DNA of 64,000 nt. It comes from Camelus ferus. Its lineage: Eukaryota. The notes under the pieces were generated by a model that ran no database searches, was not told the origin of the DNA, and saw nothing but the letters and a program-made list of their open reading frames with translations. This document shows positions 1 through 12,483 of the stretch, piece by piece. The stretch is from the NCBI RefSeq assembly GCF_009834535.1, contig NC_045697.1, positions 2,172,001 to 2,236,000 of the forward strand, given 5' to 3'. Made by a program: the position numbers and the translations under genes. Position 1 is the first letter of the stretch; the number at the start of each line of letters is the position of its first letter.

Positions 1-1303
1 AGAGGCCTGGCCCTGGGGGAGCGGGGCGGTCCGGATGGGGCCTCCTCCCTGCACAGCCGCCAGTCGGCCAAGGTCCTGGGCTTGAGATCTCAGCCAGGGC
101 ACCCTGCCCCAGAGGGACCCCACCCAGCCCTCCTGGGCAGCGGGTGCCCCCTTGGTCGGCGCCAGGGTGGGCCTCGCTCTGCTGCCCGGTCAGAGGCTCT
201 GTGGTGCCGGGACGTGGCCCCTCTCTGGGTCTCAGTTTCCTCATCTCTAAAGCAGGCACGTCACCAGGTTTGGGCCCTGGGTGGCCGCCCAGCAACACAG
301 CCGTGTTGCCACGTGTGGGGCTGGCCCGAGACCCTGGAATTCAAAGCGGCGAGCGTGACCAGGACGGTTTTAGTGTGGCGCTTCCCCGTCCTCCCTGTGC
401 GCCCTCCTCCTGCCTTTCTTTGGGCAAAGGGCGGAGGGCGAGGCACCGAAGGATTCTTGTGCGGTGACAGCACGCCGGGTGTCCAGCCCACGTGACCTGT
501 GTCCCCATTCACTCGACCACGGGACTTCATTCACGCTGGCGGGGCTCCGGCCCGGCCCAGGCCCCCACGGCCTCTCTCTGCCTGGCACCCTTGCAGCGGC
601 AGTCCCCAGGTGCCCCCTCTGCCCGAGCCCCTGGGCTGGGATCTCAGCCGGGCCTTCCCTCTGTGGGTGGGAGCCCCTTGGCGGGACCTCAGCCCCATAG
701 CTGCGCACTGTGGGCTCCAGCCCCCAACCAGGAAGAGGGGAGGGCTGTGAGGTGGAGCAGGTGCCAGCACCCCTCTCACCACAGCCCCGGGTAAGGAAGC
801 AGAGTCATGCAGCCACCCTCCTGCAATGTGCATCCCGCCAGCCACCCCCTCAAATGAATGCGGGGCCCTCCTGTGCATCCAGGACACCCTCCTTGGCCTC
901 CTCCCGTGGCCCCTTTCTCCAGAAATTCCAGCTCCTGCTGCTGGCCAGGGAGACACAAGGTGGCTGATGGCCTGGGACCCGCAGACAGGACTCCCTTCCC
1001 ACCTGGTTGCTGCTGCACAGCCTGGGCCCCGGGCAGGGCTGGTGCCCACAGGCCTGGGAGAGCTGGCGCCTGGCCCGAGCTGCCTGGACCGCTCGTGTGC
1101 TGACTGGGGCCGGAAGAGGCTCACCACGGCGCTCCGGGGACGCTCCCTCCAGCTTGGCGTGGGGGTGGGGTGGGGGGGTGCTCTCCGGCTTGCTCCAGCT
1201 TCTGCAGGCAGTCCCCATGCCGGCAGCCCCAAGGCCACCTTGCAGGGGTCCCACCCCACCCGAGCTCCGGCTGGGCTGACACAGGTCTGTCCCCCGTCTG
1301 CAG

Positions 1304-1423
1304 GGGCTGGAGTCTTCTTCCTGTCCTCGGCTGAGGGAGAGCGGATCAGCTTCCTGTTCGACTGCATCGTCCGCGGCATCTCCCCGACCAAGGGTCCCTT
1401 TGGGCTGCGGCCGGTTCTCCCAG
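1304..1423 (+). CDS. DOK7: DOK7 internal coding exon (equivalent to human exon 5; end of PTB domain)
   Basis: ctgcag acceptor and gttcgt donor, 120 nt, phase 1/1. Encodes (W)AGVFFLSSAEGERISFLFDCIVRGISPTKGPFGLRPVLP, recognisable as DOK7. Upstream exons lie outside the window. Confidence 0.96.
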
Positions 1424-2756
1424 GTTCGTGAGGGAGCATGGCCGGGTGGGGAGAGCCAGGTGGGCTGCCTTCCCTCTGCCCTGCCCCGCCTCCCGTGCAC
1501 CCGGGAAACCCAGAGCATTGCTGACCTGACTGCATCGAGCGATCACACCACCAGGCTCCTGGAGGCACAGCTCCTCCTCCACGGGGTCTGAGGTGCGGGG
1601 ACATTTGAGGGCCATGGCTGCTGGCGGGGACAGCTACATGGCAGCTGCGCCAGGTGGATTAGCAAGAAGCCAGAGATGGGGATCCTGGAGACCTTCCGAG
1701 TGGGACCCAGTCTCCCCGACCTGAGGTCGCTGGGAAAGTGGGTCAAGACGGGCTCTGTCCGAGCTGGTGCTCAGGCTGGAAGCCACCTTGTGAGGTGGGG
1801 TCTCAGCACGTTGGGGTGGTGGGGGCAGGGGCTGCCCTGAGCTTGCCTGGTCTTCTCCCCCGACTCTCGGGGCTGTGGCCGGGCACCGTTCTTCAAGTGT
1901 CCTGGGCCAGGGGTGGTGCTGGAGCCCGGAGGGGCCACGCTGCCTGGGCACTTTGCCACTGTTACCGCCCCTGCCCAGTGAGGCAGCGCTTGTCCCCTTG
2001 TCCAGACGGGAGACTAAGGCCTGCGGCCGTGCAGCAGGTGGTCAGTGAGCTCACATCTGCAGGCTCCTTGCGTGGGCAGCACAGCTGGGACAGGGGCAGG
2101 CGACATGCCAGCTCCCCCCTCTCCCAGCCTTGGCACCTCAACCCTCCAACCCCATAAGCAGGCCCAGGGCAGGTGGGATTAGTGGGAAGGAGGCGGCTCC
2201 TGTGACCAGAGCCTTTCTGCCCCGGCTCTGCTGGGTGGTGTTGCAGCGCCCTCTGCTGGCACCTTCCTGAACCGCAGCCACAGGTGTGGTGTGGGTGGCG
2301 GGGCTCCTAAGGGGCCGATGTGGATGGGGAGGGTGTGGACAGCAAAGACATGGACAGGGCTGGTGGGGCTCTGCTCTCTCAGTCTGGCCGGTGTCGCACT
2401 GACGCCTGTGATCATCGGGGAGACTCCTGAGATGTGGCCTTCACTTGGTCAGCAGCCTTAACACTCTGGGATTTTGGGGTGTCTTCTCGAGCTGACCTCT
2501 GCTTGGTCAGACCCAGGTGGACACTAAGGCCCAGAGGCAGGACTCACCTCACACAGGAAGAGGTGGGAAGGGAAGGGGAGAGGTTAGAGTTCCAGGGTCC
2601 ACCCTGCCCTGAGCATCTCCCGTGCGTTCTCTTCTTGATCCCGCCACGACTGGGACGCGCTGTCTCTGAACCCACATTTTGCAGACGTGGCTGCGTGGCT
2701 CAGGGAGGGAAAGTGGTGGAGCCGTGAGTCCATTCAGCGCCAGCGTCTTACTGCCT

Positions 2757-2866
2757 CACCAGCGCCAGAAGGGTGCGCCTGGTGTCCTGACCCTGGATGT
2801 CACCAGGGTTGGTCCCACCAGCGCCAGAAGGGTGCGCCTGGTGTCCTGACCCTGGATGTCACCAGG
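2757..2866. repeat. Tandem duplication with 59-bp period
   Basis: 2757-2807 and 2816-2866 are identical 51-mers. Confidence 0.95.
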
Positions 2867-3194
2867 CATGTCCGGGCACAGGACATCACTGGTAGTCTGG
2901 GGGCTGTCCTTAGGCTCAGGACACAGGCTGGTGGCTGGGGGACCTCTGGATGGGGGTGGTTTGGGTACCCAGAGTTTGGTGTCCAGTGGCTGGGATGCAG
3001 GTGTGGGGAGGAGCTGGGGCTCCCTGGGGACCTGTGGCTCTGTCCTGGCGTCAGGGCTGGACCAGGGTCCACGCTGCCCTGGACAGTGCTGGGGTCACCG
3101 TGACGTCCTGAGCAGCATGTGGGCTGTGGCCAGGATCCTGCGGGGAGCGGGCTGGGGCTGCCTGCTCTGCTGACTTTCTGCTCTGCTGCCGCAG

Positions 3195-3314
3195 ACCTGA
3201 GCCCCGGGGGACCCGCCACCGTGGAGGAGCGAGTTGCTCAGGAGGCCCTGGAAACCCTGCAGCTGGAGAAGCGGCTCAGCCTGCTCTCCCACTCCGTCCG
3301 GCCGGGCAGCGGAG
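3195..3314 (+). CDS. DOK7: DOK7 internal coding exon (exon 6 equivalent; contains leucine-rich NES-like LQLEKRLSLL)
   Basis: ccgcag acceptor and gtgggc donor, 120 nt, phase 1/1. Encodes DLSPGGPATVEERVAQEALETLQLEKRLSLLSHSVRPGSG. Confidence 0.96.
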
Positions 3315-3957
3315 GTGGGCCATGGCCTGGGCTGTGCGGAAGGGGCAGTGGCCCTGGGGCCAGTGCTGGCGGGTTGGGTTTGAATTCTTTCCCAACCACC
3401 GGTGATGCAGCCTGGTGAGGCCGTGACTGCACCATCTGCACCGCCTCGGGTGCTGGGTGCTGGGCGCAGAGGACCCTCAGCTGCTGCAGCTCTCGTGAGG
3501 GGAGCCAGCCACGGGCGGGAGGGGTGCTGCCCTAGGTCTCCTGGGCAGAGTAGGGGAGCTCTGCCGGCCTTCTGTCCTCTGTGGCTGCTGCCAGCCCCAC
3601 GAGTGCACAGTGGGGACAGCGGCACTCCAGTCTAGGCCTGCCCCCTGGAGCAGGGCACTCAGATGTGCACGGAGCCACCTCCTTCTTGGAGGAGAGGCTC
3701 ACATCTTGTTCCAAGGTAGACGGCGGGGAGGCACGTGGACTCCAGAGAGAGCTGGAGAGGGCTGGTGTGGTTGAGGAATAGGCATGGAGTCGGGGGGCCG
3801 TCCTGGGTGACACTGGGTGTGGAGTCCAGGGAGGGGTGGGTGAGCCAGCACAGGTGGTGGGTGTTGGGGGGTGTCAGCCCAGCTGAGGCTTCCAAGCTGC
3901 CCCGTCCCACCCGGGCCCCGCAGCAGCCTCAGCCCCGGCCCTCTGACTGTCCTGCAG

Positions 3958-4697
3958 GGGATGACCGCAGCCTGTCCGGCTCGTCGTCGGAGGCCAGCCA
4001 CTCGGATGTCAGCGCCAGCAGCCGGCTCGCAGCATGGCCAGAGCCATCCTCGTCCTCGGCCAGCACGTCGCAAGAGGGGCCGGGGTTGGCGGCTGCCCAG
4101 GCCCCTGGGGAGGCTGCACTGGGCACCTCGAGGCCGCCCCTCAAGCCGCTGCGGCCGCGGCAGCTGCAGGAGGTCGGCCGCCAGAGCTCCTCAGACAGTG
4201 GCATCGCCACGGGCAGTCACTCCTCCTACTCGGGCAGCTTCTCCTCCTGCGCAGGCAGCAGCCTGGACGTGTGGCGCGCCGCCGACGAGTTCGGCTCCCT
4301 GCTCAGCCTGCCAGCGGCCGGGGCAGCCGAGCCCAGCCTGTGCGCCTGCCCGCCGGGGACGGCCGAGTACCAGGTGCCCACCGCCCTGCGGCCCCACTAT
4401 GACACGCCCCGCAGCCTGCGCCAGGCCCCCAGGGACCAGACCCCAGCCTCGCAGGGCGGCCCTGACGACGGTACCGCTGGGGACTCGGGCGGCCAGATGT
4501 CAGCAGGGTGTCCCTCCAGCTGGCTGGGCGCAAGACGGCGGGGACAGGCGACAGACGCACCGGGCAGCGAGGCCACACTGCCCAGCCCGGCCCCCAGCGA
4601 GCCCTGGGAAACGGGCGGCCCCCACACCGGGCCCCCTCTGTCTTTCTTTTCCACGTGTCCAGTCTGTGGAGGACTGAAGGTAAAGCCCCCTCCCTGA
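3958..4697 (+). CDS. DOK7: DOK7 exon 7, terminal coding exon of the canonical isoform
   Basis: ctgcag acceptor. Encodes GDDRSLSGSSSEASH...SSSDSGIATGSHSSYS...EYQVP...HYDTP...CPVCGGLKVKPPP, with TGA at 4695-4697. The two YxxP Crk-type tyrosines are at 4368-4370 and 4398-4400. An internal donor AAG/GTAAAG follows 4679. Confidence 0.96.
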
Positions 4698-5593
4698 GGG
4701 CAGCCCGGCTGTGCTGCAGGGTGGGGTGGGGCCCTGGCAGGGCTGCCCTTCGTGCTGTTGGGTCAGCCGGGGGCTGTGCTCTGTGGGGCGGGCCTGGGGG
4801 CCTGGGAGCCAAGCCTGCAGAGAGGGCCGTGGGACTTGAGGAGGTCCTGCTGGGACCCAGCTGCAAGTGCGTTCTGGAAGGCGGAGGCTCCGGCAGGGCA
4901 GGCTGGGGACAGCAGAGCCCCAGGGCCCGAGGAACAGATGCCCGAGCCGAGCAGGAACCCGAGGCTAACCTCCCTGCGCGTCCGTTGTGTGTGTGACGAG
5001 TTTCACCTGCTTGCCCCGCGCCTCCTTCCGGAAGCAGCACCGCAGGTGGCCCGCCCTTTGGGGAGGAAACTGAGGCTCGGGAGGCCTGGGGACTTGTGGG
5101 GTCTGGGTCTCAGAACTCCGGGACCCCCATAGCTCACCCACGCCTCTTCCTGAACCTGAGTGCTCCCGGGGTGAGGGGCCGGCAGGGTCCGGGTCAGCCC
5201 GCCAGGAGCTTGTGGGAAACTGCCAGCCGCCTGGCTGGGCTGAGGGCCAGCGGTCAGGACCAGAGGATGCCAGGGCTCGGGGCGTCCATTCGCGCTCTTG
5301 GGCCCTAGGCCCTGCCCGCGGGTCACCCCCGGGCGACGTGCTCCCCCGCGCCCCCCGCAGTCGGCCTGCTCACCTGCATGGATTGCGGCTGCGTGGTTTG
5401 CGCTGGCTCTGCCATCCCAGGCGCCCCGGGGAGGGCGCGGCCTGTGTCCCTCCGACCTGGGCTCGGCCGGCTTCGCCCCGCACAGCTCGCCCGTCCGTGT
5501 TCCGCTTTGTACCTTCACTGTTGGCTGAAGACGCTTGTTGCTTTTTCACATTTTTAAAACCTGACACAGTTTGTAATACATTCTTAGACTGGA

Positions 5594-5599
5594 AATAAA
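5594..5599 (+). terminator. Poly(A) signal of the short DOK7 isoform
   Basis: AATAAA in an AT-rich patch ~900 nt after the stop, followed by a U/GU-rich tract (ttgttttttcttaccgccttgtcctttt). Confidence 0.8.
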
Positions 5600-5834
5600 A
5601 TTGTTTTTTCTTACCGCCTTGTCCTTTTCCGTGGCCAGCTCTCTCCACCTCCCGCCCTGGCTCTCCCCGCGGGGCCTTTAACTGTCTCTGAAATCCAGGG
5701 GCCTGGCCTCCCTTGACCTGAGGGCCACAGAGAGCAGCGGGAGGCCTCACCTGTCTGACTGGCCGCAGGCCTGGACACGCCGGAGGAGGCGCGAACAAGG
5801 AGGGCAGCCTCGGGCAGCCCCCGGGGCCCAGGGC

Positions 5835-6140
5835 ATGTGTGCGCATGTGCGCACGTTTGTGTGCTGTGTGGCAGTCTGTGATGTGTGCGTTCATCTGCAT
5901 GTTTGTGTATTGTGTGCGAGGTGGGTGCACACGGGTGTGGCATGCACTGTGTGTGCGTGCGTGTGTGCAGTGCGTGTGCATGTGGCGTGTGTTGTGTGTG
6001 CGCATTTGCGTGTGTGCACGCGCCTGTGCGTGTTGTGTGCATGTACCGTGTGCACGTGTGTGTTGCACGTGTGTTGTGACGTATGCTTGCATGCCTGTGC
6101 ATGTGTGTGGTCTGGGTGATGTGTGCGTGCACATGTGTGG
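5835..6140. repeat. Degenerate (TG/CA/CG)n alternating purine-pyrimidine tract
   Basis: About 300 nt of tgtgtgcgcatgtgcgcacg... Confidence 0.95.
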
Positions 6141-8464
6141 CGTTCTCAGGGAGGTCCTCTGTGGTCCCTTGGACTCCCTGTGTCCAGGTGAGGGTGGACA
6201 CTCCACTTTCTGGGCCAGTGAGGGGCCTGGCTCTGAGCCTGAAGCGCCCCCAACCCCCCAGGCTCCCCCAGGTGGGCGGTGGAGCTCCAGGGACCCCACC
6301 TCCATCCCCTGGCACATCCTGGGGGGCAATGCCCCACCCTGCCACACCCATTTCACCCTTGTTCACCACCCTTTTGGGGAGGGGAGCCCTAGTCCCTGTG
6401 GATGCTGAGGATGGGGGTCTGGCTGGGCTCTGCAGTGAGGGGAGAGACAGGTGTCGGGGGGCTGAGCTGGCACCCTGCCTACTGACTGGGTGGCCCCCAC
6501 AAGTCACTACTCCTGTCTGAGCCTCAGTTTCTTCTTCCACAGATGGGCCAACAGCCCCACTTGCCTGGGCACCAAGGCCTCTAGATAATGTGTGTAGGTG
6601 CTCGGTGGGTGCTCAGTCCTACTGTCACCCCCCCAGAGAGACCCACCAGCCTGGCTGCAAAAGAAAGAGCAGGGCACTGCTGGTACCTCGGGGAAGGGGG
6701 TTGCCCTGAGGGGCTGGGCTGCCCACTCCAGCCTGAGCCCCACCGCCCAGGCCCAGGCCCGCTGCGCTCCCTGTGATGAGCACCCCCACCCCGTGTGAAG
6801 CAGGGAGGGCTGGAGCTGGGTGCTCTGCTGTCCTGTGCTCTGTGGGGCCTTCCTGGCTGTGAACACTGGTCTCCTTGACCGAGGCTGATGGCTGGGACTT
6901 CACGGAAGGGCCATCTGGGGGGTGAGGTGGGAGGCGGTAACTGTGGGCCGCCCAAGGGGGATCTCAGCCCGAGGCTGGAGGTGGCATGGCCAAGGGCCTG
7001 AGTGCTGGGGGCTGGGCTGTAGGCATGGAGTCCCCGCCCAGCGTGGGGGGCCCGTCCTGGGAGGAGCCAATAGCCGTCACCTAGTGCGGCGAGGAAGCCC
7101 TGCCAGCACCAGCGGGTGCTCCGCATCTCCCCATGCAGCCCGGGGTGGCCGGGGAGGGGGTGGGGCCCCGGGGCCTCTCCTGTGGGGCTGGGCGGGCCGC
7201 AGGACAGACACCTGCAGGCCGTTTTTGCCTTCATCCGCTCTCTTCCCTGTGCTCACTGTTGGGCCTTGCGCTCCTGGCTGGGAACAACCTGACAGGCTCC
7301 GGCTTCGTCCTGCTCCTGCACCCCGAGGGCAGCCAGCTTCGCTCCCCCTCCTCAGGAGGGGGGCAGTGTGAGCGGGCTTTTCAGGTGCCTGGAGCTTCCT
7401 GCTGAGCGTCGGGGCTGGGGGTGACCAGAGAGTCCTCCTCGCCTCCCCGGGGCCATGTGCACCCACCTGCCCCCACCCGGTCCTGGTCCCCAGGGAGTGT
7501 GAACAGGAGGGTCTGCATTTGCTCATGACCCACGGCACCTCGTTGCGTCCTTTGGGTTCAATGCTGCACCTGCAGGACTGGCCCCCCAAACAGGTGGCAT
7601 CTGTTGGTGGGCTCTGAGCAGTTAGTTGTGGGGGTTCCTCAAGGCAGTTGGCTCTTGTCCCAGGTGTCAGAGGTCAGACACACCCTCCCCAAGTCCCCAA
7701 GCCCGCCTGATCTCCTTTACACAGGAGGACGGATTTAGGCCAACCCGGGGTGCCCAAGAGCCCAGCCGGCACCGGAGTCAGGGAGCCGTGTCCGGAGTCT
7801 GGGCAGCACTGTTGCCCCCTGGAGACGGGGTCGGCTTGTGCACCCCTATTCCAACCAGCAGAGCCCCTGAGGCCCACTGCCAGGCCGCCGTCCCGGGAAG
7901 CACTTTCCTGTCACGTGCCCCCGGCCCTGGTGGGACCGGACCCATCTCCTCACAGGTTTGGGGGATGGAGGTCCAGGTGACAGTGAATGTGCCAGCAGTG
8001 GGCCACCGTGCCTTCCTCCTGATCTGCCAGCAGACCAGTCCCCCAGCTCTGAGGCCACCAAATGCCCGTCTTCCTCTGGACCCCTAGTCAAGCACCTCGA
8101 AGCAGCCACTCTGCAGGTCCCCCTGGCGGGGGTCACCCTGGGTGCCCTATTCAGAGCAGGGGGCAGGGCACAGGGCCAGAGTGATGTCACAGCCCTCGCA
8201 CATCTCACGGCTGCAAGCCCACCGCGCAGCCAGCGGCGTGTAAAGCCCAGCGTGGCTGTGCGCCTGCAGCGCGGTTTACAGGAACGGGCCGCTCTGGGCT
8301 TGGCCTGGGGCCTGGGCCGCCGAAGCCCCACCGCAAACAGGGCCATGTGTGTGTCGGGGCGGCCGGGCCCCGGGCTGCTCTTGGGGAGCATCCGGGCTCT
8401 CGGGCTGGGAGCAGGGTGAGCAGGAGCAGGATGGACAGACTGACACGGGTTCTCTTTGCTCTAG

Positions 8465-8507
8465 GGAGCCGCTGCCTCTCCCCCTGGGGTCCCGGTGACG
8501 CATTCAG
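8465..8507 (+). CDS. DOK7: DOK7 long-isoform small exon (43 nt)
   Basis: Pyrimidine tract ttctctttgctctag, then GGA GCC GCT GCC TCT CCC CCT GGG GTC CCG GTG ACG CAT TCA G, then gtaggc. Phase 0 in matches the donor at 4679/4680; phase 1 out matches the exon at 12355. Encodes GAAASPPGVPVTHS. Confidence 0.8.
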
Positions 8508-11500
8508 GTAGGCCTCGTCTTTGGAACCAGCTCTCAAACAGCCACGGGTCAAGGGAGGTGGGGTCAGAGTGGCTGCAGTCACAGCCCCGCCGGAAAGTCC
8601 TGTACCAGATAGGACAGCAGTGGGGAGCAGGGTCAGTGGGAGGCGGCTGATGCTGGGGAGGGGGTGACAGTGGACAGTGGGGTGTCAGTGGGGAGGGGTG
8701 ACAGTGGGCAGCAGGGCGACAGTGTGTAGCCGCGTGAACCCTGGCTGAGGCGGGGCGGGGCCAGGCAGCGAGTTGAGGGCAGGGTGGCTAGGAGTGGCCA
8801 GCCTGCCCGGACGGGTGTGTGGATGGAGTGGGCGGGGCCAGAAGCCTCAGCTTGTAAAAAGGAGCCTTGTCCTCAAGGCAACAGAGCACAGAGGTGAAGG
8901 ATGGTTCAGGACTCCCAGGAACTGGCAGGGCATTGGTGACCATGGTAGGGGAGGCCCAGGCAGGGAGAAAGGAGACTTGGGGTCTCCCTGGAGAAGCCTT
9001 GTTCACAGATGACAGCTGGGCAGACACTGGCTCTGACCAGGGGAAGGCCTGGGAGGCTGGGAGAGGCTGAAGTTTAGGGCAGGCTGGCCTTGGGCAGCGT
9101 GGGGAGGGGTGGCTAGAGGTCAGGGGTCGGCTCTGAGCCTCATTTTCCAGACTGGGGTGGGGCCCTAATGAGCTTAGAGCTTTTCATCTCCTCTTCAGAG
9201 GTGCAGGGTGCCTGTCTGGGGCCAGATGCAGGCCAAGCAGGCCTGTCCAGGGTGGACATTCTAGGGGGAGAGGTGGGAGGGGAAGGCCGTGGGCATGCAG
9301 AGTCAGACAGGGGTCACAGGGACACCCCATCCTGGCTGGCCTTGGGGTTCCCTCGTTCAGGATGGGGCCGTGAGGACCATCCCTGACAACACCAGGAAAT
9401 GGATGGTCTGCCCCGACAGTCCTGGATGCCTCCCTCCTGCTGGCCACCCGCTACTCATTTTTTTTACCCAGACACAGTGTGTGTCCCTGGGAACGGGAAG
9501 GGGACAGGGGGACAGAGGTGAGTCAGGATTTGCTGGAAGACATGGAACCTTTCCTCCGGGGTGGGCAGCTTGGGGAGGAGGGGCCTGGGTCTAGGGGGAA
9601 CAGAGATGAATGGGACCCCAGACAGTGTGGCCAGAACCACAGTGATGGGTGGGGCACTCAGGGTGGCCACCTAGGGAGAGGCCCACCTGGTCTCTGCTTG
9701 GCCCGGAGAGTGTTTGAGGCAGCTCCTGAGATGCTGACAAGAAGCTGGAACTGAGGGAGGAGAGGAGGCGAAGGACAGCCTGTGGAGCGAGGGCCGGGGA
9801 GCAGCCACCGGAGGGGCACTGCTGCCTCCCAGGGCACTGCCGGAGGCTGGGGCGGGATGGAGCCAGCCTTCCTGGGCTGCCCGGCACGACCCTGCCGGTG
9901 CTGGGCTGCCCAGAGCCCTCCGCCTGCTCTCCTGCTTCCGCTGTGGAAGACACAGGTCATAAAACTAGCTGCTGCGCTGCGGGAGCTTGTACCCCTGACC
10001 CCAGGTCAAACCCCGGTTATCCTTTAGGCATTCAGAGGCCCCTGTGTGGAGGCCAGGCCTCCTTGCTAGCACCCCTCAGACCAGTGTCAGCCCCCGACGG
10101 GCTCTCCCAGCTCCAACCAGGCCTTTGCCTCCTGCTTTACCTGCCAGCCCTTCTTGTCCTCCACCCCTCGGGACATGCCCCCTTCTCCAGGCAGCCTGCA
10201 GGGATTTTGCCCTGGGCACCTCTGCCTGTTATCTCGGGCTACGTGGGAGAGGGTCTGCATCTGCCCTTCTGTGGGCCGGTGTCCACTGGGCCTGGTCAGG
10301 GTGGGGGCCTCGCCCGGTTTGCTGGGTGTATGGCTGGGTGCTTGGAGCCCACGTGGACACAGTGTGACCCAGTTCTGCCTGGGGCGGGTGGGGGCTCCGG
10401 CTCTGTGCCACCTGCCTAAGCCCTTCCTCGGCTGGTCCGCTGGGCCTCGAGGGTGGAGGACTTTTGCTGTGATGGAGTCTGGGAGCTGTGATGCAGTGGG
10501 TTTACAGAAACCCCTCACCTTGGAGTGGAGATTTTCTGGGTGTTGAAAACTCTTAGCCAGTTCATAGGGCAAGGCCAGCTCTGTGACCCCGACAAGCCCC
10601 GTGTGGCCCCGGGCAGCCAGGGCCCCGTGTGGCCCTGGCCTGGACGCTAGATGGTCGGACGGCCCTTGCCTGTGCTCCCTGCGGGGGGCAGCGGTCTCGG
10701 TGGGGGTGCCCTGCTCTGTCCTGGTTTGACTGGACCTTGCTGGCTTTAGCCCTAAAAGTCTCGCCTCCCAGGAACCCCTCAGGATGCTGGTCACCCTGTG
10801 TCCAGGCAAAGCCTCCCTCCTTCCCTCCCTGACCACTGACACTGCAGGGGACCCTCTGGATCAGGGCGGTGGGTCCTCCTTCAAGAGGGGTTCTGATTCC
10901 AAGTCTCTGGAGGTGGGCGCAGGGCTCCTTGGGGGGGTCTGAGGCAGCTCCTGGGAGCCCCCTCCCCCAGCCTGGGCATTGGCACCAAAGGGCAGCCCGT
11001 CTGCCCGTGAACCCTCCAAGGTCCCCCTGCGGGGTCAGTAAGAAGAACAAGCGGGAACAGCAAGCAGCCTTCAGCCGGCCCCAGGCGTCTGTGTGATGTA
11101 TTATGTTTCAGCACAGGGGACGTGGCATCAACTGAGGGGGGTCCTGTCCTCCGGGGCCCCGAAGCTGGGCGAGGCGGGGCGAGAGCAGGGAGAGAACCGT
11201 GTCACCTGCACTGGTTCCAGGCATCACCTGGGTGAACCCAGGTGGACCTGGCCCAATCGGGACCTCGGTCTCTCTGACCCCAGTGTCCCCACTGAGCAAG
11301 CAGGAGCCCCGCAGGCCTTGCTGGGGCAGAGAAGGGATGAGGTGAAAGGCTTCTGTGCAGGCGGGGGCCTTCAGAAGGTGCCCCACAGTGGTGTCCGGTG
11401 CCAGGACAAGACGGTGAATGAGGTAGGGTCTGCCCACTGAAGCCCCTGGGCTGGCTGGTCCTCCAGTACCCGCCGCTGGCAGAACCAGGACCCTCCCCAG

Positions 11501-12354
11501 GCTCCGGCTTGCCTTCCTGGGACAGGTGGGCAGTGGCTCAGACAGGCTGACCTGTGGGTGTTTCAATTCCCCACCTGAATCCCACCCCCCAAAAATCTCA
11601 TCCCCCCTGAATCCCACCATCCACCTGAGCCCCACCCCTGAATCCCTCTGGGGCAGGGAGCTGGCCAGCCAATTGGTCCAAGTTCCTAGACCTGGCCGTG
11701 TCCTAGGGTCAGGCCCTCAGGGAAGAGGGAGGAACTTGGCATTTGCCTCTTGATGTGGCGTTGGGCCCCTACCCCATGTGTCTGTGCCCGGCGGGACCCA
11801 GAGGGCAGGCGTGTGGAGGAGGCTGCTGGTAAGGGGCTAGACGGCGCCTGGAATCCTTCCCCGCGGGACCCTGTGCCCAGTGGACAGGCTCTCAGGCAGG
11901 TCAGAAAAGGTGGGTCGGGTGTGGGTCCAGGCATTCTGGGTCCCCACCCCTGCTCCTGTTGCGTCTGCCCCATGTGCCAGTGGGGTGTGCAGGGTGAGAG
12001 CATCTACTTCTAGGAAATGGGCAGGGGGCGGTTTCTTGGGCGGAAGAGGGGCTTGAAGTGCTGGGGGCCATCGAGAAGGACGTGTCACTGTGGATGGAAG
12101 TATGGGCCTACGCTCGGGGAAGGATGCCCTGTGGGGATTCACCAGTCCAGAGAGGGTCCTGGAAGCCTGGAGCGGGGGTGGGGTGGTGACCCAGGAGGAC
12201 AGCTGAGGGGGAGGGCTGGGGCGTGGACAGGGCAGGGCGTCCTGCCAGGGAGGGGCAGGGCACTGGGGAGCTGAGGAATAAGTGACCGGGAGAGATGGCG
12301 GAGGGTTGGGGCCGGGGTCCAAAGACAGAAGAGTGTGGTCGCTCGACCCCACAG

Positions 12355-12483
12355 GAGCCCCGGGGCCTGAGGGGCCACGCAGTGAGGCGCACACCTACGT
12401 GAATGTCCCTGTCAGCCCCTCCTCCCCACAGCAGCTGCACTACTTGGGGCTGCAGCTGCAGGCGGCCAGTGCGGGCATCCGAG
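12355..12483 (+). CDS. DOK7: DOK7 long-isoform exon (129 nt)
   Basis: ccacag acceptor and gtgggt donor, phase 1/1. Encodes GAPGPEGPRSEAHTYVNVPVSPSSPQQLHYLGLQLQAASAGIR. Confidence 0.82.

Noticed and set aside
531..1604. 357-aa minus-strand ORF (and many similar Pro/Gly/Ala/Arg-rich ORFs)
   Set aside because: No recognisable domain; antisense to DOK7; expected from stop-codon scarcity in very GC-rich DNA.
2757..2866. CRISPR-like direct repeats
   Set aside because: Two-copy tandem duplication in a mammalian intron, with no spacer array or cas genes.
5370..6540. His/Thr-rich and Cys/Val-rich ORFs of 190-330 aa
   Set aside because: Translations of the (TG/CA)n simple repeat.
9170..9260. Strong-looking acceptor (ttttcatctcctcttcag) in the DOK7 long-isoform intron
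   Set aside because: No convincing donor or DOK7-like peptide follows, and the 43/129/137-nt exons already join in frame without it.
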